DNA from: Microcoleus sp. | GTDB taxonomy: Bacteria > Cyanobacteriota > Cyanobacteriia > Cyanobacteriales > Microcoleaceae | Length of the DNA stretch: 64,000 nucleotides | Direction of reading: 5' to 3' | Assembly: GCA_042408215.1 (NCBI GenBank) | Contig: JAYFMW010000030.1 | Span: forward strand, 1-64,000 | Shown: positions 22,401 to 28,325 of the stretch, one piece after another | Layout: each line of letters opens with the position of its first letter | Position numbering within the stretch: the first letter of the stretch is position 1 | Notes under the pieces: model-generated | The model's database searches: none | What the model was told of the DNA's origin: nothing | Seen by the model: the letters and a program-made list of their open reading frames with translations, nothing else | Position numbers and translations under genes: made by a program

Positions 22401-22652
22401 CCCTTGAATTACGATGCTGGTAAGGTTTCTTTAAAGCTTGTTAATAGTCAACAAAACAAGACTCAAGGTGTTTTCCTTGGTGGTGAATTTGATAAGAACA
22501 CTCGCGGATTTTACCAATACGCTCCTGTTTTGCCTAACCATCCCAAAGACAGTTGGTTTGGAGTTCAAGTTACTCACGATCAGACGCATTGGATAGATAA
22601 AGAGGGTAATGAGCGAGATATAAATACTGGTGATCCCTGGTTTCCATTTTAA
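1467..22652 (+). CDS. Giant (7061 aa) Rhs/YD-repeat adhesin-toxin: disordered repeats, 2x DUF4114-like, He_PIG/cadherin-like repeats, PPC-like array, vWA inside a SdrD-B-like domain, Rhs cage, C-terminal NucA/NucB-type DNase
   Basis: Uninterrupted ORF with RBS. MED...DxDYxD motifs (~2700-3250, ~4980-5530). DPDGD..Y.L...P.GM.I...TG...WTP repeats. MIDAS DVSGS at 14238. YD repeats from ~18150. Rhs core YLRARYYD...NPVNATDPSG (DPSG at 21837). Tip motif RDCDEYPYNSTLQGG...N..QG. Confidence 0.95.
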   Translation: MPLTDPIGEPLIEKQESLIPGLAPTKPPLLPGIQTSKPLLYQASAESSESEQLNLNLIEPASEPASEFSRTETDAFIINKASDLNSISSANTSPLITNSTLRDTTNSEVDPLIGKLDSDLADPLTNPNRIASNNDTSDFNKPALNAPAIDSSISYSEFNKTTATTTAARDELPAENSTQLPAAAVAKSDQENSPKLPDVTAYTTSEKASDKTPLPATAETTSKPEEHQTSLSSGTTLFFESSPNKISPATASTSDNSGANTTSPATASAAENPELDRTSPVTTSTTDRSEPDRTSPVTTSTTDKSEPDRTSPPTASAAENSEPDRTSPATVSTIDKSEPNQTSPATVSTTDKSESNKTSVATASTPDKSEPNKTSPTEISTTKNLDTATNLEPNKTSTPEPDRTSTPPTNINFDSNAFTVDEKGIIGIQFTSDGGWYSGQLAIVSLLGMEKFVPGSLAFIFEAASRALSNSTKGYIAISDDLEGAYYTDPNCSENLNSGQYLGTKTFAMTPGDKFFFMLVPNDTVQQVYDNPAIGGDKKPLFSIATDNPSDSFSIGQIADITGEGKLFVMEDMGLIQGSDIDYDDITFRVTGATSKIVPLSQLVDPFSASIHSQLVQKLKGESDKSEPKFTAESTVTNSGDKSQGETPSITADNDQQKPQPTAATVANSDSQESPPTAATVANSDSQESPPTETSIVGKSDTEESQPTETSTVGKSDTQELQPTETSTFGKSDTEEAQPTATSTFGKSDSQESPPTETSTVGKSDSQESQQIEQTASPLETPSVSPNELNSEIERPVSAESIVSESADAELIKTDTTATNRIPKLPAQADYAVNNAASPPTAETLLIPTPIASQPPAKTSEIADNFGEELPRETDDNLSNAASQLPTKISEVIPAEKAVGTQENDRDVTEAAAEFETEQFPTTTAEIIATENVADLIEYDTTFPEITAEFETKQLVTKTESIVATPEADDTVERELPVAEITDEFASQQLLPKTDDFALAEFTADTIATDIAVTFTAAELETENSPAIVVNSLEPDPLISNSNSSVQTDFSIQTLFSTPSETAAGTALIASVETSVSPSTLKSPPSPNSNTYNSNSTPTETTVAQPTYSATEIAPKPADVSSGWQPLEVEEPAQFSDDIANSQSSSTQGAGNFQSNINPPRNLSITTTANLPIPGTFLVDNQGKVRFDYVFDGGSFEGELGIFSLAGMEAFTPGTPEFIAEAFRRVLSNSTDGHIVISDSTESAKFTGAMPFDGDWDSGEYQGIKTFNMTPGDTFAVMLVPNATVQSSLQSSYSGNWFPENRPLFSISTANPNDTSYVLPIADTTGTGNTFAMEDMSAANSDSDYNDLIFTVIGATGNAPPLSSVINPAKEWRNTPLGQELIEYANSLIPPSLPNDDIIRLVEGEIFANTYERTLTIPTSGSFLNISLANLNFDTSDTKSIKDAFEIALVDNSGKSLVHTISPGKNAFFNSTEGQQSQLASGVTFNGSNISVNLSQIAPGTTATLQIRLVNNDSDKTTQVGITSIAIQPASAATAPVTALPFQDVSPNAPVNFARLQDVSSRLGAEYKQTSFNSSSKILYADLAVKNTGQYPVRGTLLVAINKISDPTVRLLDADGITPEGIPYYDISKLVGGGILEPGELTSTDTLKFYNPQGVQFSYDLVFLSQLNQVPQFKATPNTEALVGKSYVYTAIAVDADGDALTYSLLEKPLGMEIDAQTGIISWNPVAGDIGNHAVTVQVEDGKGGIAKQKYVLSAINAPPNRPPIFTSTPVVDAWLKQPYTYDSHGVDPDSDTVSYSLIVGPEGMKVNPSTGLVEWTPPAVLVLGDTVLGKISLPGESDEFTFSGTAGERIYIDPLQYTGAAGNWKFDIISPSGQNVSTGDLNSNKILNLTETGNYRIVTSATGDTTGSYGFSVIDLGLVPAVRFDTTIKGTLSPGSEDDVFRFTGSKGQKLFFDKLSNSGALDWVLYTADNKTPIYNNFDDMELYLPSDGEYLLALRGKSSFTSTVDYSFEIITPDEITVPIIPGSNAAPNSIYGLLKEKGEKDFYTFTGEPGQRIYFDRLFYKQDIANYYWPHTAKLIGPSGSSEAIHNLDYNYDGNPITLKESGTYRIEIDATEENTGTYSFSVLDLALATPLEPDTDISGTLNPGQETHLYQFAGSKNQRLFLDTPGGTANTNWTLYDSGNNVVPYGDASQNTDMEVVLPNSGTYTLAIRGNNGNTQVNYSFKAITPDLQAGTLAFNVPVSSSISEKGERDVYTFTGSKGQRVFLDTLIETPNNLATLVSPSGTKIIDNVQMYADYWRNPILMPESGTYSLTVDGSGESTDSYSFRLIDVNAAPVLQKDALSPTSGTLNPGRAIQFYQFTGAKGSRVYFDSQENSPNTNWHLYNSNNDKLAEVGLSSDFEQVLPGDGTYYLMLRGENSTPVNYKIQLVTTTSPPTSLSLNALIQGNIAKLGEQDVYTFTGTVGQTLYFDPRTGNSNITFKINNPSGKEVLSGDTNSDRGPFTLTEPGTYKLTVDGSNNTTGNYSFILKDKDTAPLLPLGSPINGSLGAKETVLYKVEGKAGQQLSFLSQNATPAPDSEWVLYAPQNLLTPESYYESNRVGGTNLNTNFTRTLPVDGTYILALRNTSANQVNYKVQVNSTLPPSTPNSGLSVLHSSTLSIPGEVDDYSFTAASGTLVYFDGRGNDWTKRVRLYNQDNSIVFDNLDNQSDYGAYQLTLSGNYKLQAYGYYTDTTGSYSFQLVDLKAAPTLALNATTNVPLNPLETKAYKFTGQVGQKVWLDGLNSTSNNVTARLLNSSGLPIASTGDLQGDIALQTLEANGEYYLVLQSNNTSATTANFRLLDTTTSAINLTTLDNKTVSGNFGTSKRETLLYKFQGSENQTLYFDSKDGDWYNYYQLYSPDGKLVFNQYGVWDFEQKLPSSGEYVLAFLGNNQTNNNYSLQIITPTDVTLPLLIGNPVNGEIAKAGQQNTYTFRGIEGQRLWFDSLASAGSIYGKLYSPTGVQLWEQGVGNDREPTTLKETGDYRFVVDGAADTTGNFSFRFLDLANAQPTTLDANIEGNFGTSKRETNLYKFAGAEGQEVYFDRTEGNSYNSYYLYAPDGQRLLFQYIYSDSDLVKLPSSGEYTLVLSGNEQPDNNYKLQMVTPDLVTQPPHTIGNSIKGEISEAGEYDTYTFTGSPGQKLWFDSLFASSNITAYLSSPTKKDIWSQNAGYDHQLTDLLTLDEAGTYTLKVDASGDSTGAYEFRFLDSIQANTTLLDSPIEGNFGTGKQSANAYKFTGNKGQPLYFDRSDRTDYNDYYNSYYLYDSYGKRVLGQSLSYDYELSALPNQGEYTLIFAGNDRPNNNYSLKIVTPDLITTPYQIGHTVSGTIGEAGEQDIYAFQGKLGQKLWFDSLENSSTNLTVKLVDPDGVTVFPDWYNTQYASYDREPVILTKEGNYKLIVDGSNDSAGNTYSFRLLDLAAGKPLTWDAPISGNFGSSKRETQVYKFQGTEGNYLYFDLTAGDPYNYYYLYDPYGKRLTYQGLGTDYELALPLTGEYALVLSGQDRPNNYGLTVVMPELKTVPLTLGQTVTQSIDKAGEKDTYSFEGKVGKKLFFDGITGNGNLSVQLYDPFGNLVVDPSGYPISNRSTNSDWLPQALTANGTYRLVIDASNNTTGNYSFKLSDLTSSSPLNLTSPNTGTAEIGEVDLYQIIGSQGQVLNFDLNAAAWNNGNWVLYGPDNKAIATPQGNSPDFLVALPTAGLYTLAVTGNNTSPVSYSFRATDITPAPTASTGLNSTISGTLTAGNPKNYKFTANAGTQIFLDSINNSNWEIRSSLIAPDGSKVFDNQDSRYNTLPKVLPLSGEYTLQIYGYYPSSNGSYQFRIAELPNSLRSPTTNYLEIGSPVSGTLSGTEAKVYTFDGVEGLRVAFNGIVGTNVSATLYSPTGEAVFTRGNFQSTDFPPVTLTQNGLYQLVIEGEQASNQNYSFQLLELSSAASMPFNLPVTGALTNGQQSKFYKFEGNQGDRLFFDSIVGNSSNLWKLIGPDNKVVNGGSNWLGNDLEVELPATGEYALLIEGGTSSAPVNYQFRAFRYEKTAADIVTPGTGETGSNTGGSTGLYPVKLEASDGRGGKDIQEYSIRVWPDPTNSNPVIVSEPVQRFGLDDKIYRYQLKAVDPDGDRLKYRLVDGPLGALINGDSGELLWFPENVLPGSKADFTVEVADPRGGLGLQKFTVDAYGALGKIQGAVFDDLNGNGFRDSKLVKGNNPAIVMAIDVSGSTAAPFDGPLGVDDVLKAQVAATLTLIDTLIAQGLGDRVNIGLIPHKESAQIQDMDPTTPGVQPYTTPLADKNSNGIPDIREILASGTYTTPNGHNDFTKAVQAIDLLVPLMPGDKNVIFMSDGYGALDPAVAATVRTDLQNAGIGLTAFGIGQYSTLDTLKKIDPDAVILSDIDQLSAVFGGFDPRYTLEPLMENVPVYIDLNNNGILDPSEPKQLTKKNDSESNLGQTNYQFTFDNLEPGTYKVRAVAPSGYAQTAPSTSVFTDTVTAAGQTFTHLFGVHKAEEPPNSDPAFLTVPPAFGLKAGEPLVYRALASDPDADELTYSLVLSPPGMSVDPKNGTVVWTPTAAQVEEYYKELRATRDRLIAFGRGDFAPSTVKFNVVLRASDGKGGQALQYVEVELIPPNNPPVFTSAAPSKEQPQAGKRFEYRAVAEDSDSDTITYTILPGAPTGVAINPTTGLVTWTPTAGQLGTNSFTVKASDGKGGEAKLEVPLRVIEAIPNRPPDITSSPRTVARIGNGYFYKLAATDPDGNPITFTLVSKPVGMTVDAEGLVSWIPTASQTGSQAVSVLASDGFGGTDTQSWTVNVSNSAVNRPPSITSTPDTVTNLERVYRYQLAATDPEGDYLLWSLDNAPKGMVIDAKTGGLSWQPTPDQIGEQTIAVRVTDALGSYVGQEFSLKVTGINTPPAIVSVPVTVAGINQTYKYQVFGTDPENDALRYSLGTKPSGMKIDQKTGLIEWTPAANAVGSLEVEVLVTDTQGAVGNQKFAVKVGTAAINGPPTVVSTPVFAASLGSAYTYTVKATDPDGNALTYQLLKAPMGMAINPATGLLTWDNPTAGNHQIVVGAVDAGGLGAAQGFTLTARANSTPVIPNIPPQQVASGQPYRYDLKANDAEGDLLVYSLLQSPSGMTVDEFGRISWIPKSTDVGTTKPVQIAVTDTFGKTVTVSYNLSVVADTTPPKVSLIASKNTANLGDSVTFTVNAVDNVKVESLGLTINGTPVLLDAQGQATVKVNNSTSIAAIATAKDAAGNVGNATQVVRAIDTTDVNAPTINISLEDDVDVSAPLTIRGTITDSNLDYYTLSVAPIGSTQFKEVYRGTTTVNNGVIATFDPTILANGAYTLKFTAFDTNGNGSTTERTVNVSGDLKLGNFRLSFTDLSVPMAGIPINITRTYDSLNANNGDDFGYGWRMEFRDTDLKTSLKADPTYEELGINTVPFDSKTKVFITLPGGKRETFTFKPTSHHLNQYLGAAGPGAAMYKPAFESQKGSTMTLTVRDANLVRNENGYYGVNGQPFNPENPAFGGVYVLTTKEGLVYEIDAKSGDLLTATDSNGNKLTFSDGGIKSSSGKSVTFERDVVGRIVAVVDPDGKKVKYEYDAKGDLVGVKDRENNTTTFKYEAANNPHFLTEVVDALGRSGVKTGYDDSGRLKQMVDANGSAVELVYDASNSLQKVKDVFGKETTYVYDSRGNVVQKVNVLGGITQQTFDENNKLLTQTDPLGNTTTYAYDSGGNLIYITDPLGNKAYYSYNSFGQVTSRTDPLGNTISYTYDKRRNLLNTTNAEGNTIRETTNQFGNTTSLTDANGNKTRFEYDDFGNVIRQIDAFGNETAYTYNSNGDQITETVKVTTLNGLRQQTTSWTYDSQGRVQTKTNSTGNVIRHEYDILGNLTAVIEEGAIARRTEYRYNAKNQLVETLYADGTSEKSVYDEAGRLIAETDRTNQTTRYIYDALGRLIETIYPDSTPGNLADNPRTKSEYDKAGRITASTDERGNRTEYEYDKAGRRTLVRDALRRETTYTYDAMGNLLTETDALGRTTRYAYDKVGRRTETYLADRTGAITKYNKAGLKVAETNQAGQTTNFVYDALDRLVEVIHPDSTPNDLSNNPRTKTEYNELGWVIASIDELGNRTEYEYDAVGRIIESRSSCACRRKTYTYDEFGNRITETDQLGRTNRFVYDELGRIKQTYFDDNTYTTNVYDDLGRIISTTDQAGKKTAFEYDVRGQLVAVVDALQQRTEYGYDFSGNLTSIKDANNNITRYEYDKLGRRIAVILPKEQRSEITYDAVGNVLSAKDLNGKTVTYEYDKLNRLAAEKFPDGTSLKYTYTSTGQRQTATETKGGIVRTTTYEYDERDRLVSRTEPDGRKVEYTYDQVGNIAAVKTPSGTAINTYDKYNQLKTVTDPDGGLTEYIYDKAGNLIRTQLPNGTVEIREYDKLNRLTFTKNFRVDPVSGQEVVISSYRYTLNAAGQRTKVEENSGRIVEYSYDDLYRLIEEKIVDFVAGDRTIQYGYDEIGNRVTRNDSIQGLTTYTYDENDRLLNETLNGQVTTYAYDNNGNLLSRFKNNTDKAVNTWDFENRLIGAQVTDASGTRNIEYRYDADGVRVATIVNGQETRYLIDANQSHAQVLEEYSPNGNLQASYVYGLDLVSTERGSDRVFYHVDGLGSTRALTNGAGNAIDTYTYDAYGNLIGKTGNTVNNYLYAGEQYDPNLGDYYLRARYYDTETGRFGARDPFEGVLTEPLSLAKYSYVHGNPVNATDPSGLFLQEQSSVMSILTILTTMTYIMGRSPIGTLSTLDGDNALVPGYLKNTSHTGVNKFLNTAITGKYYQIIRKKVQECNTTVGAGNCDLEGFPIIVWGHEIPEITQHTQEAIVQTGQSFLARISPGWNNTPTGRVKKYSNGAEYPAPWYDFTPECPWDNDNPMRYFNSRSGRDCDEYPYNSTLQGGPLNYDAGKVSLKLVNSQQNKTQGVFLGGEFDKNTRGFYQYAPVLPNHPKDSWFGVQVTHDQTHWIDKEGNERDINTGDPWFPF
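2197..2690 (+). repeat. Intragenic 51-bp (17-aa) tandem repeat, ~9-10 units
   Basis: TSPxTxSTxDKSEPDR-type units, e.g. gatcgaacatcacccgtaactacatcaacgac repeated. Confidence 0.9.
3445..3780 (+). repeat. Intragenic 45-bp (15-aa) tandem repeat, ~7 units
   Basis: PTETSTVGKSDSQES-type units. Confidence 0.9.
6921..13763 (+). repeat. Array of ~22 divergent ~100-aa PPC-like (pre-peptidase C-terminal) beta-domains within the giant CDS
   Basis: Recurring G.I...GE.D.Y.F.G..GQ...FD....L..P.G....L...G.Y.L.V.G....TG.YSF pattern. Confidence 0.75.
17880..18660 (+). repeat. Conserved hinge block present six times (17880-18660, 23933-24716, 35154-35936, 42304-42843, 49471-50052, 60608-61384)
   Basis: Near-identical DNA encoding ...GVNGQPFNPENPAFG...DPDGKKVKYEYDAKGDLV...TTYVYDSRGN; partial in cassettes 4 and 6. 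Confidence 0.9.
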
Positions 22653-22660
22653 AGAAAGTT

Positions 22661-23827
22661 ATGACTTCAGAATTAACCAACGCTTTAAACCGAATCTTAA
22701 GCTGGATAGAGCGACATGAACCCTCGTGGATTGAGTATCTATACCCTGGCTTATCAAAGGATGAGATAGATGACTTAGTAAGAGATTTACCACTCCAATT
22801 TCCTCCTGAACTCTATGAACTATATCAGTGGAAAAATGGTGCAGTAGAAGGAGATGAGTGGAAGGAAACAGCTTGGATCTTTCATAGTTGGACTTTTAGA
22901 CCTCTACAAGAGGTCGTTTCAGGGCTGCGCCGGGAGAGTTCCAGATATCAAATAAATAATATAATCTATATAGATCTAACTAAGTTTTACTGGGAAAGTT
23001 TTAATTATTTAAGTATTTTTTATCACATTTTATGGGAAGATAATGGGTGCGTTTTAATTAATAACATACTAAATTTTTGTCCGATAATTTTTCAGCGACT
23101 TGAAGAAGGAGAGTTAACTTTACTTGAAAAGTATACAAGTTTAACCAGTATGATGCTAACCATCGCAGAATGTTATGAAGCAGGAGCTTACTTTATAGGG
23201 GATTATATTTCTCGCAACCCTGAAAAAGAATATCAAATTTGGCGTAAATATAACTCCCAGATTATAGAAATTGCTATACAAGCTATTCAGCAAGGCTCTT
23301 TGTGTGGTCGGTTTTTTACATATTTCTCCAACGACCTAATCGAATTTAAAGACCCAAGAACTGTGGAGCCTCTAATTCAAGGGTTGCAATTACTCAATCA
23401 TCAGAATGTAGAGCGATTGAACCAGCAGAATAACGATCCATTTCTCTATTACGATCCCAAAGAAGAGGTAGCCAGAATTTTGGGAGAGTTAGGCGATACT
23501 AGAGCTGTGCCTGTTCTAATTGCCACTCTCAAAGACGATTGTCATAATAATTGGGATTACCAAACTAAAGTCAGTGCAGCAAAGGCTCTGGGTCAGCTCA
23601 AAGATGAACAAGCAACTTACCCTCTCATTGAAGCTTTACAAAATAGCGAGGGTGAAGTTCGACATATGGCAGTTTGGGCGTTAGGTGAAATCGGAGATTT
23701 AAGAGCAGTAGACTCTCTAACTGATGCTTTGCGAGATAGTGATTATAGGGTAAAACAAGCGGCAAATGAAGCCTGGGATAAACTGGCTGCAAAATTTCCT
23801 GAGATTGATGAAGAAATTCCTTTTTAA
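22661..23827 (+). CDS. Immunity protein: SMI1/KNR4 (SUKH) domain plus PBS-lyase HEAT repeats
   Basis: LYPGLSKDEID...FPPELYELYQWKNG (SUKH). AAKALGQL.D..A..PLIEAL HEAT repeats. Starts 8 nt after the toxin stop. Confidence 0.85.
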   Translation: MTSELTNALNRILSWIERHEPSWIEYLYPGLSKDEIDDLVRDLPLQFPPELYELYQWKNGAVEGDEWKETAWIFHSWTFRPLQEVVSGLRRESSRYQINNIIYIDLTKFYWESFNYLSIFYHILWEDNGCVLINNILNFCPIIFQRLEEGELTLLEKYTSLTSMMLTIAECYEAGAYFIGDYISRNPEKEYQIWRKYNSQIIEIAIQAIQQGSLCGRFFTYFSNDLIEFKDPRTVEPLIQGLQLLNHQNVERLNQQNNDPFLYYDPKEEVARILGELGDTRAVPVLIATLKDDCHNNWDYQTKVSAAKALGQLKDEQATYPLIEALQNSEGEVRHMAVWALGEIGDLRAVDSLTDALRDSDYRVKQAANEAWDKLAAKFPEIDEEIPF

Positions 23828-23830
23828 TTT

Positions 23831-26800
23831 ATACTTTTGGTGAAAGCGTTACTGTTTCTTACAATTTAAGCGTTGTTGCCGATACTTTCGCCCCTCAAAT
23901 CAACCTAATTGCTAGTAAAAATATACCTAATATTGGGGATAAATACTGTTCCTTTTGATAGCAAGACTAAGGTATTCATCACCCTACCCGGAGGTAAGCG
24001 GGAAACCTTTACTTTTAAGCCGACTCCGAGTCATTTGAATCAGTATTTAGGGGCTGCTGGGCCGGGGGCTGCGATGTACAAGCCGGCTTTTGAGTCTCAA
24101 AAGGGTTCCACGATGACTCTGACTGTTAAGGATGCGAATTTGATACGGAATGAGTACGGCGATTATTACGGGGTGAACGGGCAGCCCTTCAATCCCGAAA
24201 ATCCGGCTTTTGGCGGGGTGTATGTGTTGACTACCCAAGAGGGATTGGTTTACGAGATTGATGCTAAAACTGGGGATTTGCTGACTGCTACTGATGCGAA
24301 TGGGAATAAGCTGACTTTTAGCGATGCGGGGATTGCTAGCAGTACGGGTAAGTCGGTGACTTTTGAGAGGGATGTTGCTGGGAGGATTGTCGGTGTTGTT
24401 GACCCGGATGGGAAGAAGGTTAAGTACGAATACGATGCGAAAGGGGATTTGGTTGCTGTTAAGGATAGGGAGAATAATGCAACTCGGTTTGAGTATGAAG
24501 ATGAGGACAGACCGCACTTTTTGACTGAGGTTATCGACTCCTTGGGACGCAGTGGAGTTAAGACTGAATACGACGATTCCGGCCGTTTGAAGCAGATGGT
24601 GGATGCGAATGGTTCGGCGGTTGAGTTGGTTTACGACCCGAATAATTCGATTCAGAAGGTTAAGGATGTTTTTGGGAAGGAGACGACTTATGTTTATGAC
24701 AGTCGCGGGAACGTTTTAACTGAAATCGATCCGTTGGGTAAGAGGGTTGATAGGACTTTTGATGGGGATAATAATGTTCTGACGGAGACGGTGATTACCA
24801 CTGAGTTAAATGCGGCTGGGACTTCTGTTGAGGTGCGGCAAAAGACTGAGTGGACTTACGACGCCAAAGGGAATAAACTAACCGAAAAAGACCCGTTAGG
24901 GAATGTTTCTCGGTGGACTTACAACAGTCGCGGGCAGGTTTTGACTGAAACTGACGCTTTGGGGAATGCTGCGAGTTATACTTATTCTCCGAGTGGCAAT
25001 TTGCTGACGACTAAGGATGCGACGGGGAATGTTACTAAGTTCAGCTACGACATGAGGGGAAATATTCTAAGCCTCACCGATGCTGCTAATAACATCACCC
25101 GCTTTCAGTACGATGGTGGAGGTAACGTAACTAACTTAGAAGACGCATCCGGTAACAAAGCTACCTACACCTACGACAGCAACGGCAATATGCTGCGGGA
25201 AACAATGAAAGTAGCAACTCCCACTGGTGAAAAAGAATTAGTAACAGAATGGACTTACAACAAAGAAGGGAAAATTAAGTCAATTACCCAATCTGGGCGT
25301 ACTACAACTTACGAATACGACAGCAATGGCCGCCAAAGTGCCAGCATTGATGGGAATCGCCGAACCGATTACCGCTACGACTCTCAAGGTAAATTAGTCG
25401 AAACCATTTATCCTGACGATACTCCTAACAACTCTGACAATTCCCGAAGCATTACTGTTTACGATAAAGGAGGTCGTCAAAGGGCTACTATCGACGGTAA
25501 CGGGCGAGTTACCCACTACAAATACGACGATGCGGGACAGCTAATTGAAACCATTTACCCCAACGATACGCCAAATCAAATACAACAACTCCTGAACGCT
25601 ATTTCTCCCGGTACGACTCCCCAATCTGTTGACTGGACCACTGTCGTTTATCCCGACGCCACTCCTACTTATTTAGCCAACAATTCTCGGACGAAAACTG
25701 AATACTACAAAAACGGGCAAGTCAAAGCCGAAATCGATATTTCGGGGAACCGTACCGAGTACGAATACGATGCAGCAGGTCGCGTCAGTCTCACTCGTTT
25801 TGATACTAACAATTACATCAGATACACTTACGATGCAGTTGGAAATCGCAAGACTGAAACTGTTTTTGCGGAAGGAACTTCGACAACTACTGTTTATAAC
25901 AGTCAAGGTTTAGTAACGGCAATTACCGACCAGAACGGCAAAACTACTCAGTTTGAATACGATGCTAAAGGGCAACTGAAAGCTGTTATCGATGGCGCAC
26001 AAAAACGCACTGAATACACCTACGATTCTGCTGGCAATTTGAAAACTGTCAAGGATGCTTTGGGTCAGGTAACGGCTTATGAATACGATGACAAAGGTCG
26101 CCGCAAGGCTGTAATTCGACCGGATAACAAGCGTTCTACTTTTGTTTACGATGATGTTGCTAACACTGTCACGATTACGGATTTTAATAACAAGACGGTT
26201 AAGTATACTTACAACGACCAAAATCAAGTTATTGCTAAGCAGTATCAGAATGTCAGCGGTGCAACTGTTAGCGTTACTTACGCTACAAATGGGTTGGAAG
26301 AAACAATTACTGACAGTCGGGGTGCAACTGTTTATAAATACGACAGTTTGGGGCAGGTAATTTCTCGGAAAGACCCGGTTGGTCCTTATCTTGCTAGCGG
26401 GAATTCGATTGAATATAAGTATGAATCCGGGCAAGTTAGTGAGGTTAAGACTCCAACTCGCACGACTGGCTATACCTATGATTCTGAGGGGCGTTTGAAG
26501 ACGGTTAGTACGCCGGATATGGGGGCGGTAACGTATGACTACGATTCTCTGGGGAATCTCTGGAAAACTTCGTATCCGAACAATTTAGTTGAGACTCGTA
26601 TCTACGATGGTTTGGGTCGTTTGGATTTGGTGAAGACTGTTAAGGTTGACCCGGTGACGAAGCTGGAGTTGCAGGTTGTTTCTAGTTACGATTATGCGGT
26701 TGATAATGTTGGTAATCGCAAGGAAGTATTAGAAAATAGCGGTCGTAAGGTTGAGTACAAGTATGATGATTTGAATCGGTTGTTGGAGGAGAAGATTACT

Positions 26801-28279
26801 AATGACCCTAGTGGGAATAATCGGGTTGTTAGTTATACTTACGATGCTGTGGGGAATCGGTTGACTAAGACTGATTCGGTGAGTGGGGTAACTACTTATA
26901 CTTACAATAGTTTGAATCAACTCTCTACGTCTGTAACTAATGGTTTAACTACTACTTATATCTACGATAGTAATGGGAATTTGATTTCGGAGGTGACTGG
27001 AAGCAATTCTACTGTTTATCGGTGGGAGAATGATGGTGAGAATCGGTTGATGGGGGTGACGGTTAATGAGGGTGGTGTTACTCGGAATGTTGGGTATCAA
27101 TATAATGCTCAGGGGATAAGGGTTGGTAAGGTTGTTGATGGGGTGGAGACTCGGTATTTGATTGATGAGTTACAGCCTTATTCTCAGGTTTTGGAGGAGT
27201 ATGATGCTGCGGGTAATGCTAAGGGTTCTTATGTTTATGGGTACGATTTGATTGGTAAGTTGCAGGGTGGTCAATCGTCGTTTTATCACGTTGATGGGTT
27301 GGGTTCGACTCGGTTGCTGACGAATGGTTTGGGTGGGATTACTGATAGTTATGCTTATGATGCTTATGGCAATTTAATTGCTTCGGCTGGTGGTTCTAGT
27401 AATGCTTATTTGTTTGCTGGGGAACAGCGGGATTCTGAGACTGGGTTGGATTATTTGCGGGCGCGATATTATGACCCGTTTTTAGGGAGGTTTGTTTCGG
27501 CTGATGCTTATGAGGGGACGCTGGATGACCCGATGAGTTTGCATGATTATCAGTATGCTCATGCTAATCCGGTTGTTAATACTGATCCATCAGGCTTTAT
27601 CACTCAATCAGAGCTAACAGCCATGTTTAAGATCATTGATATCCTGGTGACAATTGCTAATCCAGACCCTTTGAGTATTGCTTTGCTAGTTACTCCCCCG
27701 GGTGTACCGGCTGGCTTTGTAAAAGGACTGAATAAGGTTTGGAACTCAGCCGCACGTGGACCTCTGTTTGCTAGGATGGCTAAAGGAGTTGCAAATGGTG
27801 CAGCGTTGTTTGTTAAGGGAGAAGAATCAGCGCTATCTGCATACCAATTCCTCTTTGGAGATCTAAAATTGCTCCCTTTCATTAGCGATGAATATCTTGA
27901 AGCACTAAAAGTTTCATTAAATTTGGGTAAAGGTTATAAAGTAGTTGACTTTGTTGCAGAAGGGAAGAAAGGGCTTATATTTGTGGAAGCTAAGCCCAAA
28001 CTGACCTCAAAATATATAAATCAGGCTGTTGCTCCAGGTGGTAAATTTGTTGGAACTAAAGATATATTGGAAAAACTCTATGGAAAAGGAGGTGACGCTT
28101 TTCCAGGCATAGAAAAACAGATAATTACATCCACAGATTTATCAGAGATAGCCACTCGTACAGGACGTGCTTATTGGAGAAAGACAACTGGTTTACCTGG
28201 TGAATTCCAACTTTTTAAGGGGGCTGAGCCAGTTATGGCGAACGATCTACCAGTGTTTCTCCAAGAAGTAGTGAACTGA
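23831..28279 (+). CDS. Orphan Rhs cassette 2 (5'-truncated; ORF 23909-28279): Rhs cage plus PD-(D/E)XK nuclease-like toxin
   Basis: Near-identical to the main gene from ELGINTV to YDSRGNV. YD repeats. NPVVNTDPSG at 27584. Tip VVDFVAEGKKGLIFVEAK. No credible start codon. Confidence 0.85.
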
Positions 28280-28325
28280 CGATTTTAATTTACGCTAACA
28301 GTGTGAGGTTTACGAGCAAGTAAAA

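Noticed and set aside
22632..22652. Toxin C-terminus DPWFPF as a third SSB-like tail
   Set aside because: It lacks the acidic run and has no DNA similarity to the IDEEIPF tails; likely coincidence.
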